The notes under the pieces are model-generated. The model did not search any database, was not told the origin of the DNA, and saw nothing but the letters and a program-made list of their open reading frames with translations. Made by a program: the position numbers and the translations under genes. Of a stretch of 64,000 nucleotides of DNA, positions 41,014 to 52,154 are shown one piece after another; position 1 is the first letter of the stretch; each line of letters begins with the position of its first letter. The DNA is from Alphaproteobacteria bacterium (GTDB lineage: Bacteria; Pseudomonadota; Alphaproteobacteria; UBA828). The stretch spans positions 406,378-470,377 of the forward strand of contig CAXXVO010000009.1 in assembly GCA_963422645.2 (NCBI GenBank), read 5' to 3'.

Positions 41014-42579
41014 TCAACCTTGGCCTTGGTCTTGGCCTTGCCGCCGGGCCAACAGCGCGCGCATTTCGCCCACCGATACGACACCTGAGACGATGGCGAG
41101 AGCGCCATAGGCGGCCAGGCCGGCGGCGACGAGAGCCGCGAGCGCCGCAATACGCATGCCCCCCGTCTCGAGGGCCATCTCCAAGGCAAGCGCGAGCGCC
41201 CAGAGTACGACCGCCATGCCCGCAGAGGCCGCGATCATGCGCGGCAGCCGGCGCCTCAGCCTGCGGTCCGGCTTCAGGAAGCCGCGCCGGGCGAGGCCGG
41301 CAGCCAGCAGGCCGACATTGAGCCAGCCGGCGAGCGTGGTCGCCAGCGCGATCCCGACATGGGCGAGCGGCCCCATGAGAGCGAGATTCAGCGCGACATT
41401 CACCACGAGGCAGAGAACCGCAATGCGCACCGGCGTCCTGGTGTCCTGACGCGCGAAATAGCCGGGCGCCAGAACCTTGATCAGCACGAACGCGGGCAAT
41501 CCCGCGGCGTAGGCGATGAGCGCGCCGGCCGTGGCGTCGCTCTCCGCCACGCCGAACGCGCCGCGCTCGAACAGGACCGCGATCACGGGGCTCGCGATGA
41601 CGACGAGCGCGACCGCCGCCGGGATCGCCAGCAGCAGCGCCATCTCGATCGCCCGATTGAGGCTGTTCGCCGCATCGTCGGTATCGCCCGCGCGCAGCTG
41701 CCGGCTGAGCAGGGGTAGCAGCGCCGTCCCCACGGCGACCCCGACGACGCCGAGGGGAAGCTGATTCACGCGGTCGGCGTAATAGAGATAGGAAACAGAG
41801 CCCGGCGGCAGCAGCGATGCGATGATGATGTCGACGACAAGATTGATCTGCGCGACGCCGGCGCCGAGTGCCGCCGGCGCGGCGAGAAATAGCAGGCGCT
41901 TGACCCCCGGTGTGAGTCGGGGCCAGCGCAGGCGAAGCGACATGCCTGCGCGTGAGGCGGCGACGATCAGCCAGACGAACTGCACGATCCCGCCGACCGT
42001 GACGCCCACGGCCAGCGCATGCCCGGGCGTCTCGGTCCAGTGCGCGAGTCCGAGCAAGGCCCCGATCAGGCAAAGATTGAGCAGGATCGGCGTGGCTGCC
42101 ACAGCAGCGAAGCGATAGAGCGAGTTCAGCACCCCGCCGAGGAGGGACACGAGCGAAATCAGGAGGATGTAGGGGAACGTGAGCCGCGTGAGCTGCACGG
42201 TCAGATCGAGCTTGCCGGGCTCGTCCGCAAAACCCGGTGCCAGCGCGTGCATGAGCCACGGCATCACGATCTGGGCTGCGATGACGAGCACGAGCAGCGT
42301 CCAGAGCAGGACGGTCAGCACGTCTTCCGCGAATGACTTGGCCGCCTCCCGCCCGTCGCGCTCCAGAGTGCCGGCGAAGAGCGGCACGAAGGCCGCGTTG
42401 AACGCACCCTCCGCAAACAGCCGCCGCAGGAAGTTGGGCAGCTTGAAGGCGACGAAGAAGGCATCGGCCACAGGGCCTGCGCCGAGCACCGAGGCAATCA
42501 GGATATCGCGCAGGAAACCGAGAACGCGCGAGCCCATGGTGTAGCCGCCGACCGTCGCGGCCCAGCGGGCAAGTGCCAT
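41014..42579 (-). CDS. murJ: Lipid II flippase MurJ
   Basis: [34 protein letters not shown]. Confidence 0.96.
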   Translation of the reverse strand: MALARWAATVGGYTMGSRVLGFLRDILIASVLGAGPVADAFFVAFKLPNFLRRLFAEGAFNAAFVPLFAGTLERDGREAAKSFAEDVLTVLLWTLLVLVIAAQIVMPWLMHALAPGFADEPGKLDLTVQLTRLTFPYILLISLVSLLGGVLNSLYRFAAVAATPILLNLCLIGALLGLAHWTETPGHALAVGVTVGGIVQFVWLIVAASRAGMSLRLRWPRLTPGVKRLLFLAAPAALGAGVAQINLVVDIIIASLLPPGSVSYLYYADRVNQLPLGVVGVAVGTALLPLLSRQLRAGDTDDAANSLNRAIEMALLLAIPAAVALVVIASPVIAVLFERGAFGVAESDATAGALIAYAAGLPAFVLIKVLAPGYFARQDTRTPVRIAVLCLVVNVALNLALMGPLAHVGIALATTLAGWLNVGLLAAGLARRGFLKPDRRLRRRLPRMIAASAGMAVVLWALALALEMALETGGMRIAALAALVAAGLAAYGALAIVSGVVSVGEMRALLARRQGQDQGQG

Positions 42580-42613
42580 CGTTCGCGCTGCTGGCCTGCG
42601 GGCGGCCGACCGC

Positions 42614-45397
42614 TCAGCCGGCCGCGCGGCGAAGCGGCGCGGGATCGTCCGCGCCCCTGCCGGGCGCGACGCCGGACTGGCGCTCGAGCATCTCGGTCAG
42701 GCGACCCTGCACCTGCACGAGCTGTGCCTCGCGGGAGAGCTTCAGGCCGAAGCGGTCCCTCACGTAGAAGACATCGACGGCACGGGAGCCGACCGTCGAG
42801 ATATGCGCCGAGCCGATCGAGACGCCGCAGGCGCTGAGCGTCCGCGTGATATCGTGGAGAAGCCCCGGCCTGTCGCGCGCGCTCACCTCGATCACCGTGT
42901 AGCCGCGGCTCGCGCCGTTATCCACGAGGACATGCGGCTCGAGGGCGATCGGGGCGGAGCGCACTGGCTGCGGCGCGGCATCGAAGGCCGCCTCATTCGC
43001 ACCTCCGGCACCTGCGTGATCTTCGGAGAGGGCAAGGACAACGCTTTGCTTGAGCCGCTCCAGACGCTCTTCGTCGCGGATCGCGCCGCCATCCGCGGCT
43101 TGAATCCAGATCGTGTCGATGGCCATCCCATCGCTGGTGGTGAAGACGCGGGCGTCGACGATGTTGGCGCCCGACGTCGCCATCGCGCCGGCAATGGCGG
43201 CGAACAGGCCGATGTAGTCGGGCGTATAAAGCGTCATCTCCGTCGCTTCTCTGGCCTGATCGATACGGGTCTCGACCAAGGGCCCCCTGCCCCCGCCTTG
43301 CACGAGGCGAGCATGGCGCTCCCGCACCGCGCTATCGGTGGACAGCCAATAATTCACCGGAAGCCTGGCCTCGAAGTACGCGATGTCGGCCTCGGTCCAG
43401 TCCTCGAGGCGGGCACGCAGGGCCTGCCGGGCCTTTGCCACTCGTGCTTCCCGGTCCTCGGCCTCGCGGCCGCCGGCGAGCACAGCCTCGGCCCGGTGGT
43501 AAAGCATGCGCAGGAGCGAGCCTTTCCACGCCGTCATGCGCCCCGGTCCCACGGCGGTGATGTCGGCGGCGGTGAGCACCAGCAGAAGCCGCAGGCGCTC
43601 CAATGAACGGACCCGTCCGACGAAATCGTCCACGGTGCGCGGATCGTTAGGGTCGCGTTTGAACGCGGTCATGCTGAACAAGAGGTGCCAGCGCACGAGC
43701 CAGGCGGCGGTCTCGACCTCGTCCGGCGTGAATTCCAGCCGGGTGGCAACCTCGCGCGCGATATCGGCGCCGATCTCCGAGTGGTCGCCGCCCCGCCCCT
43801 TCGCGACGTCGTGCAGGAGGATCGAGAGATAGAGCACGTCGCGCATTCGCAGCTGGTGAATGAGGGTGCTGGCGAGCGGGAGCTCGTCTGAGAGCGCGCC
43901 GCGCTCGATGGCGGCGAGTACGCCGACGGCCCGGATGCTGTGCTCGTCGACCGTGTAGACGTGATAGAGATCGAGTTGGGTCTGCGCGACGACACGGCCG
44001 AAATCCGGCAGGAAGCGCCCCATCACCCCGGCCTCGTTCATCATCCGAAGGATTTTGTCGGGGTTGCGCCGGTCGGTGAGGATCGCGCGGAAGGCGCGGT
44101 TGGCCTCGGGGTCGTCGCGCACCTCTGTGGTGATCAACCCATGCCCTTGATGAATCAGGCGCAACGTCGCCGGGTGAACGTCGCGGCCTTCGGTTTGCGC
44201 TCGGCGGAAGATCGTCACGAGCCGCACCGGGCGCTCGTTGAACGTGTCCTCGCCGACTGCGGCGATACGCCCGCCCGAGACGAAGAGCCCGTCGCGGGCA
44301 GGTCCCGTCTCCGTGCCGGATCGGTGGACCGGAGCGGTGTGGAGCCGTTCCGCCTCCAGCACCGCGCAGAAGACCCGCGTGAGCTCGCCCACCTCCTTCG
44401 CCACAAGGAAGTAATGTTTCATGAACCGCTCGACGGCCAGATTGCCGCGGCGCGGCCCATATCCCATGCGCACCGCAATTTCCGGCTGTCGGTCGAAGGT
44501 CAGGCGGTCCTCCGCGCGGTCGCAGACGATGTGGAGGTGGGCGCGGACCCTCCAGAGGAAGTCTTCCGCCTGCGCGAAGCGATCGTACTCGTGCTGACTG
44601 AGCACGCCGCGCCCGACGAGCTCGCCGAAGCGGTCGACGCGGAAGAGGTACTTCGCGATCCAGAACAGCACGTGGAGGTCGCGCAAGCCTCCCTTGCCGT
44701 CCTTCACGTTGGGCTCCAGGAGATAGCGGGAACCGCCTGCGCGCACGTGGCGCTCGTCGCGCTCGCGGAGCTTGGCGGCGACGAACTCGGCCTCGGTGCC
44801 GGGCACCTGCTCGGTGAGAAAACGCCGGCGGAACCCGTCGTAGAGAGCCTCGTCGCCCCACACGTGGCGCGATTCGAGCACGGAGGTCCAGATCGTCATG
44901 TCTTCGCGTGCGCGCCGCAAACAATCGGCGACCGAGCGGGTTGCATGGCCGACGGAGAACCCCAAATCCCACATCATGTAGAGCAGATGCTCGATGATCT
45001 GCTCGCCGCGGCCGGTCAGCTTGTATGGATGCAAGAAAAGGATATCGATATCGGAATGGGGCGACAGCTCGCCCCGGCCGTAGCCGCCAACCGCCACCAA
45101 CGAAAGACGGTTGGCGGTGGTCGGATTCGGCTCGGGGTAAATCGTGCGTGCCGCGCGATCGAGCTGCACGCGGAGCAGAAGGTCGATCAAGGAGGTTTGG
45201 GCCACGACGATCTCGGCGCCCGACGCTCCTGCATCGAGGCGCCGGCAAAGCTCCCGGCGGCCATCGTCCCGGGCACGCCGCAAGAGTTCGAGGACGCCCT
45301 TTCGATCGTCTCGCCCGAGCCCGGCGATCGCCCCTGCGAGAGCCCGTCGGTCGAAGAGCTCCTGCCTCGCTTCAGGCGCGTTCATCGCTGCCGGCAC
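42614..45397 (-). CDS. glnD: PII uridylyltransferase
   Basis: AVGGYGRGEL...SDID, EPNVKDGKGGLRD, YHVYTVDEH, HDVAKG, two ACT domains; start may be the ATG at 45385. Confidence 0.96.
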   Translation of the reverse strand: MPAAMNAPEARQELFDRRALAGAIAGLGRDDRKGVLELLRRARDDGRRELCRRLDAGASGAEIVVAQTSLIDLLLRVQLDRAARTIYPEPNPTTANRLSLVAVGGYGRGELSPHSDIDILFLHPYKLTGRGEQIIEHLLYMMWDLGFSVGHATRSVADCLRRAREDMTIWTSVLESRHVWGDEALYDGFRRRFLTEQVPGTEAEFVAAKLRERDERHVRAGGSRYLLEPNVKDGKGGLRDLHVLFWIAKYLFRVDRFGELVGRGVLSQHEYDRFAQAEDFLWRVRAHLHIVCDRAEDRLTFDRQPEIAVRMGYGPRRGNLAVERFMKHYFLVAKEVGELTRVFCAVLEAERLHTAPVHRSGTETGPARDGLFVSGGRIAAVGEDTFNERPVRLVTIFRRAQTEGRDVHPATLRLIHQGHGLITTEVRDDPEANRAFRAILTDRRNPDKILRMMNEAGVMGRFLPDFGRVVAQTQLDLYHVYTVDEHSIRAVGVLAAIERGALSDELPLASTLIHQLRMRDVLYLSILLHDVAKGRGGDHSEIGADIAREVATRLEFTPDEVETAAWLVRWHLLFSMTAFKRDPNDPRTVDDFVGRVRSLERLRLLLVLTAADITAVGPGRMTAWKGSLLRMLYHRAEAVLAGGREAEDREARVAKARQALRARLEDWTEADIAYFEARLPVNYWLSTDSAVRERHARLVQGGGRGPLVETRIDQAREATEMTLYTPDYIGLFAAIAGAMATSGANIVDARVFTTSDGMAIDTIWIQAADGGAIRDEERLERLKQSVVLALSEDHAGAGGANEAAFDAAPQPVRSAPIALEPHVLVDNGASRGYTVIEVSARDRPGLLHDITRTLSACGVSIGSAHISTVGSRAVDVFYVRDRFGLKLSREAQLVQVQGRLTEMLERQSGVAPGRGADDPAPLRRAAG

Positions 45398-45538
45398 GGG
45401 CCGCAGGCTGCCCTGGGCCGTCCCTCGCCGTTACACAATCCGTGCGCCGAGCCGGGTCCCATAGCGTTGCGACGTGCCCCCATCTGACGAACGCCCGCAC
45501 GCTCACAGGAATTGCGGGGCGCAGGCGGCGCGGTCATG

Positions 45539-45544
45539 TATAAT
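45539..45544 (+). promoter_or_regulatory. Putative -10 box for the rseP-bamA-lpx operon
   Basis: TATAAT in the divergent glnD/rseP intergenic region. Confidence 0.35.
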
Positions 45545-45636
45545 CCCGCGCGGCGCCGCGATCGCCCCTCCAATTCGATTGCCCGGCGTAGCTCGGCCTC
45601 GCGCCTTCGTTCAATCATAACCACTCGTCTGCCACC

Positions 45637-46983
45637 ATGGACCTGCTCGTCGACAAACTAAACTATATTTGGCCCTTTCTCGCGGTGATCACGCCCGTCG
45701 TGTTCTTCCACGAGCTCGGCCATTACCTCGTAGCCAGGCTCAACGGCGTGCGCGTGGAGGTGTTTGCGGTCGGCTTCGGGCCGGAGCTTCTCGGCATCGA
45801 CGACCGCCACGGCACGCGCTGGAAGCTCTGTGCGCTGCCCCTCGGCGGCTACGTCAAGTTCCACGGCGACGCCGACGTCGCCAGCTCGTCCGCCGAGGAA
45901 GACGACGGGCCGCCGCCGGCCGACTCATTCTTCGCCAAGTCCGTGGGGCGGCGCTCGGCCATCGCGTTCGCGGGCCCAATGGCGAACCTGCTGCTGGCGG
46001 CGGCGATCTTCGCCATCTTTTTCATCGTCGTCGGACAGCGCTACACGCCGGTGGAGATCGGTACCGTACGCGCGGGAAGCCCGGCGGCGGTCGCCGGGCT
46101 GCAGCCGGGCGACAGGCTGGTCGAGCTGAACGGCAGCCGCGTCGAGCGGTTCGAGGAGCTGGAGTTTGCCCTGCTCCAGAGTCTGGGCGAGCCGATCACG
46201 CTGGCGATCGAGCGCGGCGGCGCAGAGCTTGAGTTCGCGGTGAAGCCGGAAATCATCGAGGTGCTGGACGCCTTCGACCGGCCGCAGCAGCTGGGCGATA
46301 TCGGAGTCCGGCCCTTCATGCCAGCCTCGGTCTCGCAAGTGGTCGCAGATAGCCCGGCCGAGCGGGGCGGCCTCCAAGCGGGCGATGACATCGTCCGCAT
46401 CGGAGACGTGGCGATCGAGAGCTTCGATCACCTGCGCAGCATCGTGGAACGGAGCGCGGGCGTGCCGCTCACCTTCGTCGTTGAGCGGGACGGGCGCGAG
46501 GAGACGTTGACCGTGATCCCGAACGATGTGAACGGGACGGGGCGGGTTGGCGTTTACCCCCAGGATCAGTCAGCGTTCCGCGATCTAGGGATTGGCGAGT
46601 CGATCTGGGCCGGCGTCGAACACACCTATGCTTTGGCCGCCGCCAATCTCCGCGCGGTTGGCCAGATGATCGTCGGCACCCGCTCCACCGAGCAATTGAG
46701 CGGTCCCGTCGGCATCGCCGTCATGTCGCGAAGCGTGCTCGAACGCGGCGTCGCCGGCTTCGTGGAGTTTGCCGCACTGATCTCCATAGCCCTCGGGCTG
46801 ATCAATCTGTTCCCGATCCCGCCGCTCGACGGCGGACACCTGCTTTACAACGGCTTGGAAGCGCTGTTCCGGCGCCCGCTAAACGCCCGGATTCAGCAGA
46901 TCGGCACGATGGTCGGGCTAACGCTCGTTATCGCATTGATGGTATGGGTGACGACGAAGGACATAATTGGTCTGACCTCATGA
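45637..46983 (+). CDS. rseP: RIP metalloprotease RseP
   Basis: HELGH, PLGGYV, two PDZ domains, NLFPIPPLDGGH. Confidence 0.95.
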   Translation: MDLLVDKLNYIWPFLAVITPVVFFHELGHYLVARLNGVRVEVFAVGFGPELLGIDDRHGTRWKLCALPLGGYVKFHGDADVASSSAEEDDGPPPADSFFAKSVGRRSAIAFAGPMANLLLAAAIFAIFFIVVGQRYTPVEIGTVRAGSPAAVAGLQPGDRLVELNGSRVERFEELEFALLQSLGEPITLAIERGGAELEFAVKPEIIEVLDAFDRPQQLGDIGVRPFMPASVSQVVADSPAERGGLQAGDDIVRIGDVAIESFDHLRSIVERSAGVPLTFVVERDGREETLTVIPNDVNGTGRVGVYPQDQSAFRDLGIGESIWAGVEHTYALAAANLRAVGQMIVGTRSTEQLSGPVGIAVMSRSVLERGVAGFVEFAALISIALGLINLFPIPPLDGGHLLYNGLEALFRRPLNARIQQIGTMVGLTLVIALMVWVTTKDIIGLTS

Positions 46984-47036
46984 CCCGGCGAGCAAAGCAA
47001 ATGCCTGGAACGAGAACGGCAGGTTCAAGGGGCCGG

Positions 47037-49295
47037 ATGCGACACGTCGCCTGGCTGGCGGCGGTCATCATCGGCGTGTGGATGAGCGCGGCCACGGCGC
47101 AAGCGCAGACGATCGACTCCGTGCTCGTCGAGGGGAACGAGCGTATCGAAGCGGATACCGTGCGGTCCTATCTGTCGGTCGGCCCCGGAGACGCGTTCGA
47201 TTCCAACGCGGTCAACCAGTCCCTCAAGAGCCTGTTCGAGACCGGCCTGTTCGCCGACGTGGCCATCCGGCAGGAAGGAAATGCCCTGGTCGTCAGCGTT
47301 GTCGAGAACCCGATCATCAACCGGGTGGTCTTCGAGGGTAACGACGCGATCGGGGACGAAGAGCTCGAGTCCGAGATCCAGCTTCAGCCGCGGGTGGTCT
47401 ACACCCGGCCGCGGGTGCAGGAAGACCTGCAGCGGTTGACGGAAATCTATCGGCGCAGCGGCCGCTTCGCCGCCACCATCGAGCCCAAGGTCATCCAGCT
47501 TCCGCAGAACAGGGTCGATCTCGTCTTCGAAGTGAACGAGGGGCCGGTTACCGGCATCCGGCGGATCAACTTCATCGGCAACAGCCGCTTCAGCGACAGC
47601 GCCCTCAGGGACGTCATCCAGACCGTGGAGAGCGCCTGGTATCGCTTCGCCACGAGTGCCGACACTTACGATCCGGACCGCCTGACCTTCGATCGCGAGC
47701 TGCTGCGCCGGTTCTATCTCGCCAACGGCCACATCGACTTTCGCGTCGTCTCCGCGGTCGCCGAGCTCACGCCCGACCGCAGCGATTTCATCGTCACCTT
47801 CTCGATCGAAGAAGGAGAGCGCTATCGGGTGGCGGCCATCGATGTCGAAAGCCAGCTGCGGGACCTCGCGCCGGAGCAACTTCTACCGACCGTCGAGATC
47901 GAAGCGGGCGATTGGTACGACGCAGAGCAGGTCGAAGAGACGCTGGTCGCGCTCTCGGAGCTCGTCGGCAGCCTTGGTTACGCGTTCGTCGACGTTCAGC
48001 CTCGCGTCGAGCGCGACCGCGAGGCCACGACCGTCGAAGTGACGTTCGAGATCGACGAGGGCCCGCGGGTCTACGTCGAGCGCATCGACATCGTGGGCAA
48101 TGTCCGCACCCTTGACGAGGTGATCCGTCGCGAGTTCCGGCTGGCCGAGGGCGACGCCTTCAATTCGGCGCTCATCCGCCGCTCCCGCCAACGCATCATG
48201 AACCTGGGATTCTTCGACAAGGTCGACATCGGCACCGGCGCAGGCTCGGCGCCGGATCGTTCGGTGCTTAGGGTGGAAGTCAGCGAAGTGCCCACCGGCG
48301 AGCTCAGCTTCGGCGCTGGCGTCTCGTCGGCGGACGGCGTCCTCGGCGATATTGCAATTCGGGAGCGCAATCTGCTTGGCCGTGGCCAGGATCTCCGGCT
48401 GGCGCTAACGGCCTCGGCCCGCCGCCAGGAGATCGACCTGAGCTTCACCGAGCCCTACTTCTTGGACCGTGATATCGCCGCCGGGTTCGACGTGTTCAAC
48501 AGGACAATCGATCTGCAGGAGGAGAGCTCGTACGATCGCGACACCATCGGCTTCTCGGTACGAGCGGGATATCCGTTGGCTGAGCGGCTGCGGCATACCG
48601 TCGCATACACGCTCAAGCACGACGAGGTGAGCGAATTCGCGGCGGACACGTCGCGGTTCATCCGCGAATTGGAGGGGGAGACAACCACTTCGGCCATCTC
48701 GCACAGGCTGAGCTACGATCTGCGCGATAGTCGTATCGACCCCACTGAAGGGTACTTCGTCCGTTTCGGGCAGGAGCTCGCCGGGCTCGGCGGCGACACC
48801 CAGTACCTCAAGCATACCCTTACCTATGGCCACTTCTACTCGATAGCGGATGGCTGGGTCCTGAGCGGCGTGCTTCGAAGCGGCCATATCGTCGGCCTTG
48901 ATGACGATGTTCGAATCGTCGACCGGTTCTTCCTCGGCGGCCGCACTCTCCGGGGATTCGAACCAAGCGGTGTGGGGCCCCGCGACGAGAGGACCGACGA
49001 TTCGCTCGGCGGCAATCTGTTTTATTCGGTGTCGGGCGAGTTGGGCTTTCCGCTGGGCCTGGCCGACGAGCTCAACCTGCGAGGCGCCATCTTCGTCGAC
49101 GTCGGCAGCCTCACCACGATCGACGTCTCGGGGCCAGAACTTTTGGACGAGGCCTCGCCGCGGCTCTCGGTGGGCGTCGGGCTCAACTTCCGCTCGCCGA
49201 TCGGTCCAATTCGGCTGGACTTCTCACAAGCCCTGATCCAGGAAGAGTTCGATCGAACCGAGAACTTCCGCTTCAGTTTCGGAACGAGGTTCTAA
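47037..49295 (+). CDS. bamA: Outer membrane protein assembly factor BamA
   Basis: POTRA repeats, ERNLLGRGQ, LRGF, C-terminal FSFGTRF; start could be 46980 or 47001. Confidence 0.96.
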   Translation: MRHVAWLAAVIIGVWMSAATAQAQTIDSVLVEGNERIEADTVRSYLSVGPGDAFDSNAVNQSLKSLFETGLFADVAIRQEGNALVVSVVENPIINRVVFEGNDAIGDEELESEIQLQPRVVYTRPRVQEDLQRLTEIYRRSGRFAATIEPKVIQLPQNRVDLVFEVNEGPVTGIRRINFIGNSRFSDSALRDVIQTVESAWYRFATSADTYDPDRLTFDRELLRRFYLANGHIDFRVVSAVAELTPDRSDFIVTFSIEEGERYRVAAIDVESQLRDLAPEQLLPTVEIEAGDWYDAEQVEETLVALSELVGSLGYAFVDVQPRVERDREATTVEVTFEIDEGPRVYVERIDIVGNVRTLDEVIRREFRLAEGDAFNSALIRRSRQRIMNLGFFDKVDIGTGAGSAPDRSVLRVEVSEVPTGELSFGAGVSSADGVLGDIAIRERNLLGRGQDLRLALTASARRQEIDLSFTEPYFLDRDIAAGFDVFNRTIDLQEESSYDRDTIGFSVRAGYPLAERLRHTVAYTLKHDEVSEFAADTSRFIRELEGETTTSAISHRLSYDLRDSRIDPTEGYFVRFGQELAGLGGDTQYLKHTLTYGHFYSIADGWVLSGVLRSGHIVGLDDDVRIVDRFFLGGRTLRGFEPSGVGPRDERTDDSLGGNLFYSVSGELGFPLGLADELNLRGAIFVDVGSLTTIDVSGPELLDEASPRLSVGVGLNFRSPIGPIRLDFSQALIQEEFDRTENFRFSFGTRF

Positions 49296-49296
49296 G

Positions 49297-49857
49297 ATGC
49301 ATGGCTGGAGGCGGCTCTCGCTCGTCCTTGCGCTCGCCCTTGCGAGCGCGGTGATTGGCAATACCGGCGCTTGGGCGGAGCAGCACGGAACCCGCGTGGC
49401 CGTCATCGAGATGGCGCGAATTCTCGAAGAGGCGTCGGCGATCCACTCGATCCGTAGCCAAGGCGAAGCGCAGCGCAATTCGTACGCCGAGGAGACGCAG
49501 CGGGAATCGGTGCGGCTGCGGGAAATCCGTGACGAGCTCCAGCAGCAGGCGACGCTGCTCGCGCCCGCAGCGCTCGAGGAACGGCAGCGGGCCTTCAATG
49601 CACTGGTGGCTGCGGCCGATCAGAGGGCAAAGGCCCAAGGGCAATTCCTGCAGCGCGCTGTGGCTGAGGGTGAGGTCCGGTTTCGGGAAGCCCTCGGTAT
49701 CGTTGTCGAGGCCGTCGCGACCGAGCAGGGAATCGATGTCGTGCTGCCGGTTCACGTGTCCATATTCGCCGTCGACGAGTTCAATCTGACCAATCTGGTG
49801 ATCGGACGATTGAACGAAGCGTTTCCCGAGATTGCGCTGACGTTCGACGAGAACTGA
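49297..49857 (+). CDS. skp: OmpH/Skp periplasmic chaperone
   Basis: Signal peptide, RVAVIEM, coiled coil; lies between bamA and lpxD. Confidence 0.82.
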   Translation: MHGWRRLSLVLALALASAVIGNTGAWAEQHGTRVAVIEMARILEEASAIHSIRSQGEAQRNSYAEETQRESVRLREIRDELQQQATLLAPAALEERQRAFNALVAAADQRAKAQGQFLQRAVAEGEVRFREALGIVVEAVATEQGIDVVLPVHVSIFAVDEFNLTNLVIGRLNEAFPEIALTFDEN

Positions 49858-50885
49858 TGCCCGATCCACGCTTCTACGCCGTGGCGGGGCCGTTCACGCT
49901 GGCCGAGATTGCCCAGGTCGCGGAGGCACAGCTCACGGCGGACGCCGACCCCGAGAGACGGCTCAGTGACGTTGCACCGCTCAGCCACGCCACGCCGGAG
50001 CACCTGAGCTTCCTCGTGAATTCAAAATATGTCGAAGAGTTCGCCGCCTGCCGTGCAGGCGCCTGCATCGCGCCCGCGACGTTGGTTCACCGCGCGCCGG
50101 CTGATGTGGCGGTTCTGACCAGCGAAAACCCCTACAGGTCCTTCGCGCTGGCCGCCCAGCTCTTTCATCCGGTTCCGGCGCCGGAGCCGGGGGTGCACCC
50201 GGCGGCGGTGATCCACCCGACGGCGGCTCTCGGCCCGGGGTGTCGTGTCGAGGCCGGTGCCGTAATCGACGCGGGCGTGCGTATCGGCGCCCGCTGCCTG
50301 ATCGGAGCCAACGTCACGATCGGCCCTGCCGTCGAGATCGGCGACAACACACGGGTCGAGGCCGGCGCCTCTCTCAGCCATTGCCTGATCGGCGCGCGGG
50401 TATCGATCTTCCCCGGTGTGAGGATCGGTCAGGAGGGGTTCGGCTTCGCGATCGATCGAGGCGGACACGTAAGAATTCCGCAACTCGGCCGTGTCCTGAT
50501 CGAGGACGATGTCGAGATCGGCGCCAACACCACCATCGACCGCGGCTCCGGCCCCGACACTGTGATCGCCCAGGGGTGCCGGATCGATAATCTGGTGCAG
50601 ATCGCACACAACGTCCGTGTCGGGAAGGGCAGCGTGATTGCCGCCCAGAGCGCGGTGGCCGGCAGCGCCAGGGTCGGCGAATTCGTTCAGCTTGCGGGCC
50701 AGGTGGGTGTGGCGGACCACCGCGCGGTCGGCGACGGCGCGCGCCTCGCCGGCCAGACCGGCGTCACCCGCGATATTGAGCCGGGCGGGACCTATGGCGG
50801 CACGCCCGCCGTGCCGATCCGGCAATGGCACCGTCAAAGCGCGCATCTGGCGCGTCTGGCAAGAGGCAAAGCGGCACCGGAATGA
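49857..50885 (+). CDS. lpxD: UDP-3-O-acylglucosamine N-acyltransferase
   Basis: Hexapeptide repeats, [17 protein letters not shown]. Confidence 0.95.
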   Translation: MPDPRFYAVAGPFTLAEIAQVAEAQLTADADPERRLSDVAPLSHATPEHLSFLVNSKYVEEFAACRAGACIAPATLVHRAPADVAVLTSENPYRSFALAAQLFHPVPAPEPGVHPAAVIHPTAALGPGCRVEAGAVIDAGVRIGARCLIGANVTIGPAVEIGDNTRVEAGASLSHCLIGARVSIFPGVRIGQEGFGFAIDRGGHVRIPQLGRVLIEDDVEIGANTTIDRGSGPDTVIAQGCRIDNLVQIAHNVRVGKGSVIAAQSAVAGSARVGEFVQLAGQVGVADHRAVGDGARLAGQTGVTRDIEPGGTYGGTPAVPIRQWHRQSAHLARLARGKAAPE

Positions 50886-51352
50886 ACGAGACAGCACCGA
50901 GGGAAACGGTGGAACGCATGGACATCGAGGAGATCCTCCATGCGATCCCGCACCGCTATCCGTTCCTCATGATCGACCGCGTGATCGACGTGGTTCCTGA
51001 CGTAAGCGCCATCGGCATCAAGAACGTGTCGATCAACGAATCGTATTTTCACGGCCACTTTCCACGCCGGCCGGTCATGCCTGGTGTGCTGATCATCGAA
51101 TCGATGGCGCAAAGCGCTGCCGTGCTCGTCGTGGCGACGCTCGGACCCGCCATGGCCGGCAAGCTCGTCTACTTCATGTCGGTCGAACATTGCCGCTTTC
51201 GACGGCCCGTTGTGCCGGGCGATCAGCTCTTCATTCATGTCATCAAGAAGCACCGCCGCCGGAACGTGTGGAAGTTCGAGGCCAGGGCAGAGGTGGAAGG
51301 CCAAGCAATCGCGGAAGCAACGTATTCGGCGATGATTCTGGAAGACACCTGA
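50882..51352 (+). CDS. fabZ: 3-hydroxyacyl-ACP dehydratase
   Basis: [15 protein letters not shown]...[12 protein letters not shown]. Confidence 0.96.
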   Translation: MNETAPRETVERMDIEEILHAIPHRYPFLMIDRVIDVVPDVSAIGIKNVSINESYFHGHFPRRPVMPGVLIIESMAQSAAVLVVATLGPAMAGKLVYFMSVEHCRFRRPVVPGDQLFIHVIKKHRRRNVWKFEARAEVEGQAIAEATYSAMILEDT

Positions 51353-51353
51353 C

Positions 51354-52154
51354 GTGACGGATATTCACCGCACCGCGATCGTCGAGCCGGGCGCAGAATT
51401 CGGCGACGGCGTCAGTATCGGCCCCTATTGCATCGTGGGGGCCAATGCCGTTCTCGATGACGACGTCCGCTTGATCTCGCACGCCATCGTTACCGGGCGC
51501 ACGTCGATCGGAGCGCGCACCAGCATCTATCCCTTTGCTTCGATCGGCCATCCGCCCCAGGACACCAAGTACCGGGGCGAGCCGTCGCGTCTTGAGATCG
51601 GCGCCGACAATGTCATCCGCGAGCATGTGACCATGAACCCGGGGACGCCCCACGGTCGCATGCTCACGCGCGTCGGCAACAACTGCCTGTTCATGATCGC
51701 GACCCACGTCGCCCATGACTGCATCGTCGGCGACCATGTCGTCATGGCCAACAACGCGACCTTGGGCGGCCATGTGAGGGTGGACGAATGGGCCATCATT
51801 GGTGGCCTCGCCGGCATTCATCAGTACGTCCGCATCGGGCGCCATGCGATCGTCGGCGGCATGTCCGGGGTCGAGCACGACATCATTCCCTACGGCTCGG
51901 CCATGGGCGACCGCGCACGGCTTACCGGGCTCAACCTGATCGGGCTCAAGCGCCGGGGCTTCAGCCGCGACATTGTCCACGATCTCAGACGCGCTTTTCG
52001 CCTGCTCTTTGCGCACGAGGGAACCATGTCCGAGCGGCTCGCCGACGTCACCGAGCTGTTTCAGGACAATGAGCCGGTCATGGACATCGTCGACTTCATG
52101 CAGCTCGACCGGGAGCGCTCGATCTGTCAGCCACGGGACGATGGCAGCGAGTAG
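51354..52154 (+). CDS. lpxA: UDP-GlcNAc O-acyltransferase
   Basis: PQDTKY, HVAHDC, GLNLIGLKRRG. Confidence 0.96.
   Translation: MTDIHRTAIVEPGAEFGDGVSIGPYCIVGANAVLDDDVRLISHAIVTGRTSIGARTSIYPFASIGHPPQDTKYRGEPSRLEIGADNVIREHVTMNPGTPHGRMLTRVGNNCLFMIATHVAHDCIVGDHVVMANNATLGGHVRVDEWAIIGGLAGIHQYVRIGRHAIVGGMSGVEHDIIPYGSAMGDRARLTGLNLIGLKRRGFSRDIVHDLRRAFRLLFAHEGTMSERLADVTELFQDNEPVMDIVDFMQLDRERSICQPRDDGSE

Noticed and set aside
41018-41041. Hexamer repeat encoding QGQDQGQG at the end of murJ
   Set aside because: Short in-frame low-complexity tail with no evident function.
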